DNA of 64,000 nucleotides. It comes from Octopus vulgaris (taxonomy: Eukaryota). Each line of letters begins with the position of its first letter. The first letter of the stretch is position 1. The notes beneath the pieces were generated by a model. That model ran no database searches. It saw only the letters and a program-made list of their open reading frames with translations, and was not told the origin of the DNA. The stretch is from positions 2,852,001-2,916,000 of the forward strand of contig OX597832.1 in the NCBI GenBank assembly GCA_951406725.2, in the 5' to 3' direction. Shown here piece by piece: positions 23,172 to 37,330 of this stretch. The translations under genes were made by a program, and so were the position numbers.

Positions 23172-24533
23172 ATAATAATAATAAAAACATTGTGTACAGT
23201 GCTCAGGTGTACTACAACTCATCTAAAGTGTATGTATAATCAGGTGTAGTTTCGGCGGATTTCGGAAAGCATGAGGGCCTTAAAGGATGCAGTGTCATGG
23301 CAGTCAACAACTGACGCAGGCAGTTTGTTCCATGCTTCAGCAACTCTGAGCGTGAAAAAATGTTTCCGAAAGTCATGGGAGCTGTGTTGTTTTCTGACTT
23401 TGTAGGCATGTCCACGTGTGTTAGACACATGAAGATCAAAAAGGTGTTCAGTGTTGTTGTTGGTGAGGTGGTTGATAACCTTGTGGGTGTTTACCAAGTC
23501 CATCGCCAGACGCCGGAGCTTCAGTGAATCCATGCCCAGGAAAACAAGGCGCTCAAAGTATGGTAGGTGTCTGATGGAGGGTATGCGTTTGGTTGCACGT
23601 CTCTGAACAGATTCCAGGAGGTCAATGTTCTGAGCAAGATAGGGGTTCCAAACTGATGATGTGAATTCCAAGTGTGGTCGTACCATAGCTGTATACAGTT
23701 TTAAATAGATGGCTGGAGAGCGGCTAACAAAAGTCTTGCTGAGTGAAGCCAAGTCACCCTCGGCTTTCTTGACAGTTTCAGAGATATGCTTTGTCCAACG
23801 CAAATCACTGCTGACAATGATGCCTAGGTCACGCTCACAAGAGGATTTCTTGATATCAGTGTTGTGGAGGGAGTATGTGGACGCAGGGTTTTTTCTCCCA
23901 AAATGCATGGTGGTACACTTGTCCACAGCCAGTTTCAGTTGCCAGTCTGTGATCCATTGCTGCATTGTGTCCAGGTCTGATTACAGGAAAGAGCTGTAGA
24001 CAACAGGATCTGTCCTCTTGATTTCAAGGTACAGCTTGATGTTGTCTGCATATTTCAATACTGTGGCATTCTTTAAATTGGCATCTATGTCATTAATGTA
24101 TGCCACAAACAAGAGGGGACCAAGGACAGATCCCTGTGGTACACCCGATGACATCTCATATGGTGTAGAATGCTGTCCTAGAACTGTAACTACCTCCTTT
24201 CGGCTGAGAATGAAGGATTTCAACCAGTTAAAAAGATCATCCCTCACACCCATTGCAGAGAGTTTCACCATAAGCCTTTTGTGTGGCACAGAGTTGAAAG
24301 CCTTAGCAAAGTCAAGGTAGACAACATCCACCCATGAGCCACTGTCAGTGATCTGAGTAATGTCCTCAAGGAACTCGACAAGCTGATCACTGCAGCTGGA
24401 GTTAGGGACAAATCCATATTGTGAGGGTCGGATGAGACTGTGAGAGCTCCAGAAGTTCCAAAGTGTTTCTCTGACACACGATTCCATCAGTTTTGCAATA
24501 CAGCTAGTGAGACTGACTGGGTGATAGTTGATT
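23172..24533 (-). mobile_element. CR1-like LINE, 5'-truncated (RT domain and 3' end)
   Basis: VYLDFAKAFNSVPH, SGVPQGSVLGPLLF, KYADN, NTRGHAYKVRK, FTLRVAEAWNKLP; one in-frame stop; (AAT)n tail. Confidence 0.95.
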
Positions 24534-25559
24534 AGTTAATGATTAGTTAATTTCATTTTTTATTCCAGTACTTTATTTTATCAACTTTAGATGGATGAAA
24601 GGCAAAGTTGACTTTGTCAGGATCTGAACTCAGAATGTAAAGAGCTAGAAGTGCCACTAAGCATTTTGTCCAACACATTAACAATTCTGCTACCTTGCTA
24701 CCTTAATAATAAGGATAATCTTTTCTTTATTAATCACAAAGGCTTGAAAAGATACAAAAAATAATAAACTTTCACTTTGGGTTACTAAGAAAGGAATGAA
24801 AATGTGAAACCTTAAAAACACCTTTACAATTGCAAAGGGAGGGATGAGATTCATTATGCAATATAGGGAAGGATATACTAAGAATTTTAAAGGTATGCAC
24901 ACACACACACACACACACAGATACACATGTATATACATACACCTACATATGCACACAGAAAAATAAAAGAAGTTGAATAAAACAAAGTAATTAAAATAAG
25001 ATATAATTAAAGGAAATGAAATATGAAAGATTACTGGTTAGGTTCAGTTAGGCGACCCATGGCTCTCTTCACTTAATCATTTCTCAAATTGTGCTTGAGT
25101 GCAATTGAATACACCACTAAGCAATTTTTTTATAACATTTGGAGTTGACATCAACATCTAGAGGGTAATCTCTTTTAATTTAATTATAATGTTTAGTCTT
25201 AATTTTACTAACAATCTATTTTTTGTATGTTGATTTTATTTTGGATCTAACTGTTTTTGTATTTTTATAACGTTTTTGGTAAGTCTGTGGTACCAGAGAT
25301 GTGTAATTTTTCTTTGTAGCTGTTTGTGTGATTTTCCAAGACTGGTAAATCTTTGTTCATTTTCATTATCTGATTTTTTTTTCATATTTTCCTGAAGAGG
25401 AATTTCATTGTTATTTGGAAGAAATTGTTTAACTTTACCTGTTTTTGTTGAGTCTTCTTTTTCTGACATTTTTATGCTCCTTTTTTGTTGTCTCTTATTA
25501 GAGGACAAGCATTTGCTTATTGATTTCTGATACTGGGCATAAAGATATTTCACTTGCCA

Positions 25560-26100
25560 TCCTCCAGAGTTTTTGCTGGTGATGCTCTGGAGTCTAGGGT
25601 TTTTTTTTTTTTAGTTGTTACTATTGATATTCATTATTTTAATTTTCCTTTTGTTTTTTTTTTCTCCTGATCACACATCCCCTTTCATTAGCCCAGCTTT
25701 GAGTTCTTGTCTTTACTGTTACTAGTCACCTCTAGTCATGTATCTATGTTGTGTTCAATGTCTCTTATTGTGATTCTTGTGCTTGTTTGACCCATGTACT
25801 GGGGTACAAATGTATATTCAGAGGTATGTCTGACAATTTAAGTCTTAAGCTTCAAAGGTACAGCAGCCAATGTCATAACTGAGAGAATTTCTTCAGGTGT
25901 ATGAATTGATGTGATTGAAAATCCAATCCACTTCCTTTTGTATGTAGAATAAATAATTTTCTCTTGCCCTTTCCTGCATTTGCTTTTGTGACAAAGAAAT
26001 GCCATTTGGTTTTACAAAATTTCCCATCTACATTTTTTCCTTGTAACTGTAAAAAATTCTATTTGCTCAGTTTGGAAAAAGGGTGGTGGGGTTGCCTTCA
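25560..26100 (-). mobile_element. Decayed Penelope-like GIY-YIG remnant
   Basis: minus strand QYMGQTSTRITIRDIEH near 25760-25810; boundaries approximate. Confidence 0.5.
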
Positions 26101-26371
26101 CATAATCGCTGTGTGAACAGACCACATTATCTATTGTTATAACTATTGGTTTCTTCTTTTCATCAACTGCTATCACTATTGGTTTCTTCTTTTAATTGTT
26201 TGATAAAAATATTTGTCTTCCTTTTTTATACAATCAGTTGGGTTTTGATTTTAAGTTGTTTTTGTACTTTTTTTTTTCATTGTAGTATTTAGTCTTATAG
26301 TGTAATCATGTATGGTAGCCAGTTTAGATATGAGAATGTAATGTGCGCAATTTTTAATTTCTTAACGACAG

Positions 26372-27860
26372 TGCTACTCTTGAGCAGTGGAAAACTGCCA
26401 GTGTTATTCCTCTGTTCAAAAAGGGTGACCGCACATCACCTGTCAACTATCAGTCTTACTAGGTGCATTGCCAAACTGATGGAATCCTGTGTCAGAGAAA
26501 CACTTTGGAACTTATAGAATTCTCACAACCTTATCCAGCCCTCTCAATTTAGATTTATCCCTAACTTCAGCTGCTGTGATCAACTTATCAAGTTTCTTGA
26601 AGACAGGACCCAGGTCACTGATGTCGGCTTATAGGTGGATGTTGTTTACCTTGACTTTGCTAAAGCTTTTAATTCGGTGCCACATAAAAGACTCATGGCA
26701 ATACTCTCTGAAATGGATGTGAAAGATGATCTTTTTAACTGGTTGGCGACCTTCATTTTCAGCTGAAAAGAGGTAGTCACAGTTCTAGGACAGCGTTCTT
26801 CTACCTATGAGATGTCATCTGGTGTACCGCAGTGATCTGTTCTTGGTCCCCTTTTGTTTGTTGCATACATTAATGACTTGGATACCAATTTAAAGTATGC
26901 CACTGTGCTGAAATATGCAGATGCCATCAAGCTGTACTTTAAGATAAAAAGGACAGATCCTAAACATTGTAGATCTTTCCTGCAATCGGACCTGGACACA
27001 ATGCAACAATGGATTATGGACTGGCAACTCAAGCTGGCTGTGGACAAGTGTATCACCATGTATTTTGGGAGGCAAAACCCAGCGTCCACTTACTCTCTCT
27101 ACAACACTAATATCAAGAAGTCTTCTTGTGAATGTGACCTGAGCATTACTGTCAGCAATGATTTGCACTGGACAAAGCATATCTCTAAAATTGTCAAGAA
27201 GGCTGAGGATGTCTTGGCATCACTCAGCAAGACTTTTGTCAGCCACTCTCCAGCTATCTATTTAAGGGCTATATATAGCTACGGTGTGGCTACACTTGGA
27301 ATTTGCATCACCAATCTGGAGCCCCTATCTTGCTCAGGACATTGACCTCCTGGAAACTGTTCAGAGTTGTGCAACCAAGCAAATACCCTCCATCAGGCAT
27401 CTACTATACACTGAATGCCTTGCTTCCCTGGGCATAGATATATTGAAGCTCCAATATCTAGCAAATGACTTGGTAAACATCCACAAAATTATTAACCATC
27501 ATACCAACAACCACTTTGAGCACCTTTTTGAGCTCCATATGTCTAACACACGTAGGCATGCCTACAAAGTCAGAAAAAAGCACAGCTCCCATGACTTTCA
27601 GAAACATTTTCTCACACTCAGAGTTGCTGAAGCATGGAACAAACTGCCAGCATCAGTTGTTAGTTGCTGAGACATTGCATCCTTTAAAACCTGCATGCTT
27701 CCTGAAATTCGGCAACACTACACCTGATCCATTCGCATGCACACATGTCTATCATGACTCATACACTGTTCACTTTCCTGACTTTTGTACATAACTCTAT
27801 GTACTGTACATGCACCTTTCATGAGTTGTAGTGCACCTGAGCACTATACACAATCAATAA
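26372..27860 (+). mobile_element. CR1-like LINE, same family as 23172-24533, opposite orientation
   Basis: CIAKLMESCVRETLWN, FVAYINDLD...KYADA, LRVAEAWNKLP; shared 3' end GAGTTGTAGTGCACCTGAGCACT. Confidence 0.95.
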
Positions 27861-29012
27861 TATTAATATGGTAATTTATTTTGTTTTTGTACATACCTGT
27901 GGTGTGTGTCACACTTCAAAGGAAGAGGTAAAAAGGTTGAAAGGAGAGGTACAGAGAGAGAAAGAGGTACAAAGTGAGAGAGGGGAGGGGCAGAGAGGGA
28001 CTGGAATAGAAAGAGAAAGAGTGAGAGAGAGAGGGAGTGGAATAGAAAGAGAAAGAGTGAGAGAGAGAGAATGAGTGGTGACTGAAAGGAAGAGAGGAAA
28101 ATTCTTTCTCAGGATTTTCATAGTAGACTGATACATATATCAAAAGAAAAGTAGATACATAGATCGAAAGAGAAGTAGATACACAGACACATTAGTAAAT
28201 CAAAGACAGATAACTACAGCAAATATTGGATGTCACTTTCACTTTTCGTTACCACACCAGGATAAAATTAACATGCAAGTGGTTGAGTATTCCACAGACA
28301 TGTATATCATTAATGTAGTTCTCAGGGAGATTCAGCCTCACATAGAATGTGGCAAGGCTGGCCCCTTTGAATTACATTTACGACTCATTTTGGCCAGCTG
28401 AGTGGACTGGAGCAAGATAACCTTCAAGTGGTTGGAAGAAAACAAAAAAAGATCCAATACAGGGGCAGGAAAATCTTTTTAGTTATTAGGGTCACTATGG
28501 GTGTTAATCTGGTCCTAACAGTGGCCTGTTTATTGTTGTATCTGTCTGTCTGCCTCTTTCTCTCACACACACTCTCTCTCCCTCTGTCTCTCTTTCAACA
28601 ATACCTGTGGATGTTACTGTTACTTTTCTACAATTGAAGGGAGAGGTAGAAAGAAAAATAAAGGGTGTTAAGTAGAGGAAGTATACATGAAGTGAGGGAG
28701 AGGAGGTGACAGAGAAGGAGTGAGGCAGAGAGTGGTGATTGAAAGGAAGGTGGCATTTGTTTTGTTTTTAAATGTTTATCAGTATTTTCATAGTAGACAG
28801 ATACATAACCACAGCAAATCTTGGAGGTTACTTTTACTTTCCTACAATATAATTTATTACCGTATTCTGTATACTGGGTCCTTAGCCAATATTGGATATT
28901 ACTGTGTCACAATATGCAAACATTTCTCATGGCACCAGCACACAGTTTACAGATGCTTACAGTGTTTATATTTTCCTTGAAGTTTTCACGGGTCCAGCTA
29001 GTTTCATTATTA

Positions 29013-29047
<35 letters not shown>

Positions 29048-29057
29048 CATACACTCA

Positions 29058-29200
29058 CGGAGTGGTTGGTGTTAGGAAGGGCATCCAGCTGTAGAAACAT
29101 TGCCAGATCAGACTGGGCCTGGTGCAGCCTTCTGGCTTCCCAGACCCCAGTTGAACCGTCCAACCCATGCTAGCATGGAAAGTGGACGCTAAACGAAACG
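29058..29200 (+). mobile_element. RTE-type 3' tail repeat
   Basis: GTTAGGAAGGGCATCCAGCTGTAGAAAC...CCAACCCATGCTAGCATGGAAAG; the same tail follows RTE ORF remnants at ~41100 and ~54270. Confidence 0.75.
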
Positions 29201-29406
29201 ATTATTATTATTATACACTAATATCACTGTAAAACCAATGGTAATAATTTGATCTTCTGGTTAGTTATATACCGTAACCAATTATATATTGTTTGACAAT
29301 ATATATCTATCAATGTATAGGCACACACACACATGCGCATGTGTGTGTGTATATATTTTGACAGAAAATTGCACTACTTAAAGTTTTGTAGAAGTGAAAT
29401 AAAAAA

Positions 29407-29502
29407 ATTCTGGATGAAGGTAAAGAATACGCACACCTGGTGTTTAGGGTTAGGGTTATGCCGAAAACGGGTGGTGTGTATATTCTTTACCTCCGCCAGA
29501 TT
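29407..29502. mobile_element. ~95-bp mini-MITE with internal TTAGGG repeats
   Basis: TCTGGATGAAGGTAAAGAATACGCACACC / GGTGTGTATATTCTTTACCTCCGCCAGA inverted; TTTAGGGTTAGGGTTA inside. Confidence 0.65.
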
Positions 29503-29698
29503 CTGATTGTTCAGATGCCTGCTTCTGAGTTAGTAGTGATCCATTACAAATAAATGTAAACTCTACAAAACATATCAAATGCTCTTTTCTTTTGTTTATA
29601 CACTACTCTCTTTCTCTCTATCTCACTTCCTTTCACACATGTGCATGAACAATAGAAGAGGTGGAAAGTACTTAGGGACCATTCTGCATAATCTCTCC

Positions 29699-29738
<40 letters not shown>

Positions 29739-30039
29739 TATCTATTTATCTATCTATTTATCAAATTAACATTGCCCCCTCAAAGAGCATTGGCATCCAA
29801 AGAATAAGGTTCCTGAACTGCCTGCATTGAATATTTTCTTTCTCATTTCAAAGAATCTAAGAACAGGAATTTTACAGGTGAGTGAAGACATGTTCCTCAA
29901 TGAGTCTGCAGATTATTTCACAAAGGTCTTCTAAAATTCACACAGCTGTCTGAATAAGTTTATAGAGTGGCTGCTTGCAGATGAATTGTGTGCATTATGT
30001 GCTTCCATAGATTATTTATTGATAACAGAGATCCCTTTT

Positions 30040-32380
30040 GTTGTATTTCGGGATGGTCATTTTTTTCTTTTTTGCCAAATAAACACACGCACTATATATT
30101 TTTTTCTTCACTTGTTTATTACTGTTCCTATTTTATTATTTTAACTCATGTCTATTGTTTATCTAAGTAGTCATTGTTGCATAAATGTGACCTTAATTGT
30201 TTCTGCCCCACTAGATCAATAAAAGGTAGACCTCCCTCTACTATAACTTCTATGGCCTAGAAGACCCCTAAAGAGAGATAGAATGGGTGGACCAGAGCTA
30301 TACGGTCCCCAAAAATAAAGATCAGGTTAAAAAGATGGTCACACATGCAGTGGGTGCGAGGATCAAGACCACACTCAAGGGCCATATATTTAAGTTTAAT
30401 AAGATATACACCCAAGAGGAAGGTGCAGCCATCAGTGTCAGTATCGCTGGCAATGTGGCTGACCTGGGATAGGAGACTTAAAAAGAAATTAGGAGAGAAC
30501 TCCATAAACCTAATCGTGTACTCCCGCTACATGGATGATATCAACATAGTAGCCAAAGCACCCCTACAAGACAACGTTGATGATCTAGAGAAGCCAACAC
30601 TAAGGAGAGCATCCAGCAAATAGCCAACTCCATCTACCAGAGTATAGAAATAATGATAGACTATCCTAGTAAGCACCCTAACTATAGATTACCCATTTTA
30701 GACAGTGAATTCTTGCTAGAAATGAAGAACAGTAAGGTCCAAATCCTTCACTATCATTATGCCAAACTCATGGCCTCTTAGTACCTTGTTCACAAGAATG
30801 CATCAATTGCGGACAATGCCAAGTTCAACCTTCTTATAGCTGACTTGGTGAGAGTAATGAATGTGTCTTGCATGTGTGACACTATGGAATTGGAAAGACA
30901 CGTACGACACTTCATCTACCGCATGCAGTTCTCTGACTTCAACCAAAGGGACAGAATTAGAGTGTACAAAGGAACCAGGACTAAGTACAAAGCCATCTTT
31001 GTACTTAGGAGTGAATCCTGGAACAGCATAGAAAGGACCAGTAATAAGATAAGACCAACACTTGACATGACAACAAAAAATACCAGAGTGTCATGTTCGT
31101 CAATTCTAGCCCTGGTGGCGAACTAGCTTACCTTTTTAGAAAAACATTAAGTAAGGCTAATCTATGAATTAAAGTAGTAGAGAGGCCTGGTGTCCCATTA
31201 AAATTCCTGATCTGCAATACCTATCCCTTTGATAAGACCCTGTATGGAGTACAATTGTGTTGTATGGAGGATGAACCCATAAGATAACTGTAAGGTTAGT
31301 TTATGATGTACTGAGGGATGGTGCAGAAACATGACAACTACCTACATTGGTGAGCATAGGAGAGCGCATATGTGAACATTGGCAGGAGCTGAAAGAAGGG
31401 AAAAGCTTGTCAGTGCTCTACTAACATGCTCAGGCAGAACATGGAGGCTTGATTAATAGCATAGAAGTTAAGGTATTATCAACACATGGAACTGACATAA
31501 CACTTAGATCACAGAGGCTACGCAAATAGTAGTAGACAGACCGAGACTCAATAGAAAACAGAAATGGAACAGTAACACCCACCACCACACCACATGACTA
31601 AAGACAGAAGAGAGGAAAAAGAAAACCGTAAATAATACAGGATAATACACACACAATAGACATATATACACTTACCTGTGGTATTTATGAGAAATAGATA
31701 TAGATGTATAAAAAAAAGTAGATATAAATAGGTTAACAAATATATTTGTCACATACCTGGAATAAATATTAGATATAGAGATAGATAAAATAAATAAATC
31801 TATATAAAAGGCATGGATACATACAACATATGAAGTGAATTCATACATACACACGCAAGAAATTTCACGGATGACCACAACAATGTCACAACATGATTAA
31901 CGACAGCAGCAGGGGTGGTGACAGTGATGGCAATAACAACTACCAAGGTGATAACACTGTGGGCGAACACACAGGAATACAGGAACTGTACCATATTTAG
32001 GACAGCAGCAACACAATGGGGTGAGAAGATGAGGCTGCTGAGGGGAAGGCCACACTGCTGTTAAAAACTATGATGCATTCACACACACAAATGCATGCAC
32101 ACATAAGGATACACACCTTAGAGGAACAGAATGGAGTAAGTGGAGCAAGAACACACACAAAAATGAAAAGTGTCGCTGAAGAGGTCACAGATGGGTGAGG
32201 AAAGATTCCTAGACAATGGACATGAGTTAAAATAATAAAATAAGAACAGTAATAAAGAGTGAAGAAAAAATATATAATGCATGTGTTTATTTGGCAAAAA
32301 AAAAAATAAAATAATGACTATAGCATGGCTGTGGCCTTCGGGCTAAAACATTTTTAAGGATAGCGAAATACAACAATATT
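30040..32380 (+). mobile_element. Penelope-like element (RT and GIY-YIG remnants) flanked by inverted pseudo-LTR copies
   Basis: FKFNKIYTQEEGAAI, YSRYMDDINIV, TTYIGE; 30056-30160 is an inverted copy of 32213-32320. Confidence 0.8.
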
Positions 32381-32592
32381 GGTTTGAACACGAGATTTCA
32401 CATCAGGAATTGTGGAACACAAATTGATAACTGTAGAGATTCCTTTATTTCATGTAAATCTTGTTTATATTTAACCATAGCTATGGCTTCTAAGAATTAC
32501 AGCTGTTACTAATGATGTTGTGTGCAGTAGATTGTAATGTCTTTTGCTATAATATATCTCTATAGTAATGTCTCCCTTTTTATTCAACTACT

Positions 32593-32922
32593 TACTGTAT
32601 ATACTCGACTATAAAGCGCCCTTGCCTATAAGACGCAGGAAGTGTCTGAAACATGATGACAAAAATCGGAATACATCATCACTTTCATTAAATAATAGAA
32701 GTAAAGAAATATCTAAAGATATGTCTTCCATGTACTTTTTGGCTTTGGAATTAGCAATTTGGGTTTTTTCAGTTAATCCAAGTGTCGGAACTTCACATGT
32801 GGCTTGTACCTAGAAAATATCTGAAGATCTTTTTTACAGGATGTGCTTATAAGTTGCACCCCCAACTTTAGGGGGAAATTTGAAGGAAAAAGAGTACGAC
32901 ATATAGTTGAATATATACGGTA
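32593..32922. mobile_element. Tc1/pogo-type MITE (TA TSD)
   Basis: TA|CTGTATATACTCGACTATAA ... ATATAGTTGAATATATACGG|TA. Confidence 0.75.
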
Positions 32923-32971
32923 ACTTACATTTCATTTTTGTTCAAATTTTTTTGCTGCCCAATGGGGTTTA

Positions 32972-33378
32972 ACTGGGCCAGATTAAGACCCATAAAGACC
33001 CTAAGCACTTAAAAGATTTTGGTGCCCCCATATATTTATGTAATTCAAAATGCAAACAATAATAAACCATAAAATAAATTTTTATTTTTCAAAACAAAGC
33101 AAAAAAGTAAGATAGAAAATAATGTTTATTTTGGTATACTTCTACTTGGTTTATATTTGAAAAGTTTTCTCCTCTCTTTTTTTAATTGCAAAGTCTTTGA
33201 TCAGATCCTCAAAATTAATCTTACATAACACATCTGATAATTATATTTCCAATCAATAAGCTACTTGAAATATTATTTTAACAAATGCTGTAAACCATTT
33301 ACCATTCCTGTGGTGCCCCCTATTTCCCTTGATTCCCCAGGCATGTACTTATTTTGCTTAATGGTTAATCCAGCACTG
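32972..33378. mobile_element. hAT-like non-autonomous element
   Basis: termini resemble CAG.GCCGGATTAA / TTAATCCAGCACTG; subterminal GGTGCCCCC motifs. Confidence 0.55.
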
Positions 33379-35084
33379 ATAAGGACATATGAGGTGTATA
33401 GTTGGTTGAAATATTACTATCAAGAGTCCTGAAGAGACTTGTGATGATTGAATGTTAGATATGAGATATTACTGTATTTCATTTGGTACTTCTGATTTCA
33501 AATCTCACTCGTGTCAACTTTGTGTTTTATCCTCTGGGATGAATAAAATATCTGTCTGTAACATTATCCATCAACTATAATGTCTCCTGCAAAATGTGTT
33601 TTATGTCTGGTTAAAAGAAATAATTATGTGCCATCCATTGATCTAGTAACATCCTTTCATTAAAAACTCTTGGCAAATATTGGTGGATTTTCTTGGAGAC
33701 ATTAACCTTATAAGCTATAGAAGAAGCACATTCTTGGAATTCTGGCCCGAATTTTAGGCTAGCATTACCCTTATATATAACATATTTAAAACTTACTACT
33801 GTAGATGCAATTGTACAAAATATGAAATCAACCTCAAGAAAAATTCAAACATAGAACATTTAAATTCAGAGTTTATTATACATTCTTCAGTCATGAAGTA
33901 CTATTTTCAAAATATATTTAAGCATTTATCTGTATTTATGTTGGTAATTTCAATATGTCTATGAATCTTATATGATATAATCTGCAACTGATTAGTGACA
34001 TTTTATATTTTAAAAAAATATTCCTGAAAATTTTATTATTTGTCTTTTGTGTTTCTTTAAAAAAAAATCAATTGGTTTCATATTAAATGGCTATATTGGT
34101 TAATAATTCAGAATGTTTTGGAGCGAAATGATTTAATCTGCCATACTTTCATACTTGCAACATGTATAATGCTAATGTGAACATACTTCAGCCTGGTTCT
34201 ACTAGCAATTGCTCTCTGTAGAATCTTTTTACTTCTCAGGAAGATTTCTGGAAGACAGGTCAAGGAGGGGAAGTTAAGGAAATTAATACCAAAAAAGTAG
34301 TTATCAAACGGTGAGATTTCTCTAGTGTATGTGCTTATTATCTCCATTCATTTGTTTGTTCATTTGTTTATTTGCATACTGTAGTCTTTCTTTTGTTTCA
34401 TGCTAAAAATCTAATGTGTATCAGAAAGAGAGAGTGGGAAGAAATAAGATATAAAGCTAAAGAAAACAGCAGAGATAATTTTGAATTCTTTATTTTATTT
34501 ATTGATTATTTTCTGAAGATATTATATTTACAGTTTTATTGTAATAAAATAATTCTCAAATAATAATAAAATATAATAATAATAACAATAACAACATCAA
34601 TAATAATAGCTATTTCAAACTTTAGCACAAGGCCAGTAATATTGAGGAAAAGGAATTAGTTTTTAAAACATCAACCCCAGTCTTTGACTGAAACTTTTAA
34701 TTCATCAACCCTGAAAGAATGGAAGGCAAAGTTGACTCTGGTGGTATTTGAACTTAGGACATAAAGATGTGGAATAAATGCCACTAAGCATTTTTGTGCT
34801 GATCTGCTTATGATCTTGCCAGCTTGCCACCTTAACAACAACAAAAACACTACTACTACTACTACCACCACCACCAGCAATAATAATAATAATAATAAAT
34901 TTTTACAAATTTTTGCACAAGGCCAGCAATTTAGGTAGTGGGTGAGTCGGTTACATCAACCCCAGTGCTCAGCTGGTACTTATTTTATCAACCCCAAAAG
35001 TATGAAAGGCAAAGTCAACCTCAGTGGAATTTGATCTCAGAATGTAAAGAAAGCTGCTAAGCATTTTGCCCAGCATGCTAATGA

Positions 35085-35107
35085 TTATAATAATAATTAT
35101 CATCATT

Positions 35108-35138
<31 letters not shown>

Positions 35139-35156
35139 TTATTATTATTATTATTA

Positions 35157-35208
<52 letters not shown>
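35085..35208. repeat. Compound (TTC)n(TTA)n microsatellite among minus-strand SINE A copies
   Basis: direct reading; SINE A pieces at 34612-34832 and 34905-35080. Confidence 0.9.
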
Positions 35209-36529
35209 CCTTTCTACTATAGGCACAAAGCCTGAAATTTGGTGGGCTTATTGACTAAATCCCCACCAGTGCTTAACTAGTACTTATTTTGTCAACCCTG
35301 AAAGGTTGATAAAATGTTTGAGAGGAGAGGGTTAGTTGATACCATCAACTCCAGTACTTGACTGGTACTTTATTTTATTGTTTCATATAGTTTAGTATGT
35401 TACTGAATAACTCATGACGGAAATTACTTGACTTTGTTAAACTTTTATGTATCATTGAGATTGATTTAATTAATTTTATCTTGATCAGGCCATGTGACTA
35501 GTTAAAATAAGTAATATCTCTCCAAATTAAATGAAATTTAATTAATAATTAGGTTGTAATTTCTGTTGTAAAACAAAAATTTTTGGAAATTATTCAATTT
35601 AGATTAGCTATTATTTTTAGTACCAAGAACTATGAAAAATGCAACTCAAATATTTTTGTTCTTTAGTCTTTTCTTTCTCTCCACCTACTCCAAATTCTCT
35701 TAGATTATTGTAAATTCTCTCATTTCAAATTTTCATTGTTCTACATCTCAGCTTTCAGGCAATCAGCAACTTCTTATATCTTGTTATACAGTTCATGCTT
35801 AACACATCTCCAATAAAACATGTATGTATATTTTAAACTGGCATGCTTTTATTAGATTTATTTCATCAAATAATTGCAGTGCCCCAGCATGGCTGCAGCT
35901 TTGAGCTGAAACCGATAAAAGAATGAAAGAATAAAATACATACCTGTATGCATACATACATACCTGTAGATGTACATACATTCATATGAATGCTTGGACA
36001 CATACAAACACTCATACATATAAATACACATATATATAAAAAATACAAAATGGGACAAGAACACAAAACATCCAGACAGTTAGGTGATACAAGAAAGGGA
36101 CAACAAAACATCCAGACAGACAATACAAAGAAAACAAGGATGGGTCATTCAGAGTTTTCTTTCCTCAGTCGAGTTCCAGATTATCTTTGCAATTTTGGCT
36201 GGTTATACTTGAGATTGCTCCAGTCTGGCCAGACCCAAGGAAAAACTAAGCTAAGAGCATCAGATTCCTTGGAAGAAAGCAGCGAATGTATATGAAAAAA
36301 AAATGGAGAAGTTTACACAAATACAAATAACAGGACATAACAACAGGTGTCTTTCGACTAAGGACAAATTAAATTAAGGGGGTTTGTGTAGAAGTAAATA
36401 CACACATACATGCACACACACACATCCATCCATACATGCATACATACATACATACACATATACACATATGCATACATACAACCATCCATCTATCCATCCA
36501 TACATTCACCCACACACACACACACACTT

Positions 36530-37330
36530 TACTATTCTGTAATGTCTAAAGTAAGAAAACACTGCAGGAACCTTGTAATAGTATGGCTTGAATATAGAAA
36601 GGTATTTGATACCCGTTCACACTCATGGCAACTGAACTCACTGGCAAATGCACTTGCTGCATTAGCTGCTGCTGTTGAAAGGCTCATAAAACCTTGCATT
36701 GAAGTTGGAATGATTTCTCTGATTTTCAGTTTTTCTGAACTGATGTTCAGTTTTTCAAGGTGAGAGTCTGTCTGCACATCTGTTTTACTTTGGCCCTAAA
36801 TCCACTGGCATTTCCTCAATGAAAATCCAGAGGCCATATTCTAGGCTCAGCAACAGCAAGTCATTTATATTAACGAAAAAGTTTTTGTGGGTAATCTAAA
36901 GGTCTATGTCTGAAATACAACACTAAGAAACAGCTGAATTTAATTACATTTTCTGCTGATATAGGGATGGAAAATGTCACCAAGGCTTCAGCTCCCTTTG
37001 AAACATCATGTTAAAACAATACACAGTCATCCACCGAAAAGACTGCCCTGGGGCAAATATAAACAACATCATTGCTATAGAATACATAGCAACACAAGGA
37101 ATATTCTCATCAAAATTTCTACTACATGCAAACATAATAGGCCTAGTAGAGTTATTTGAAACAAGAAAGAGAATATCTATAGACAACTGCTTTGAAACCT
37201 GTAACTCCTCTACGCTGATTATAAATATGTATTCATATCAATAATCATTGGTGCACTTCAATTATGTTAGTAAATGTCTAAGCCTCAATCTGTAGAAGCT
37301 AGGATGTTCAAGCAAGGAAAGAGACTGGCA
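36530..37330 (+). mobile_element. R4/Dong-type non-LTR RT remnant
   Basis: RNLVIVWLEYRKVFDTRSHSW resembles NL..AWIDY.KAFDSV.HSW; very degraded. Confidence 0.6.

Noticed and set aside
25236-25553. 105-aa Lys-rich ORF as a nested gene
   Set aside because: Low-complexity A-rich strand next to a Penelope remnant; no recognisable domain or splice context.
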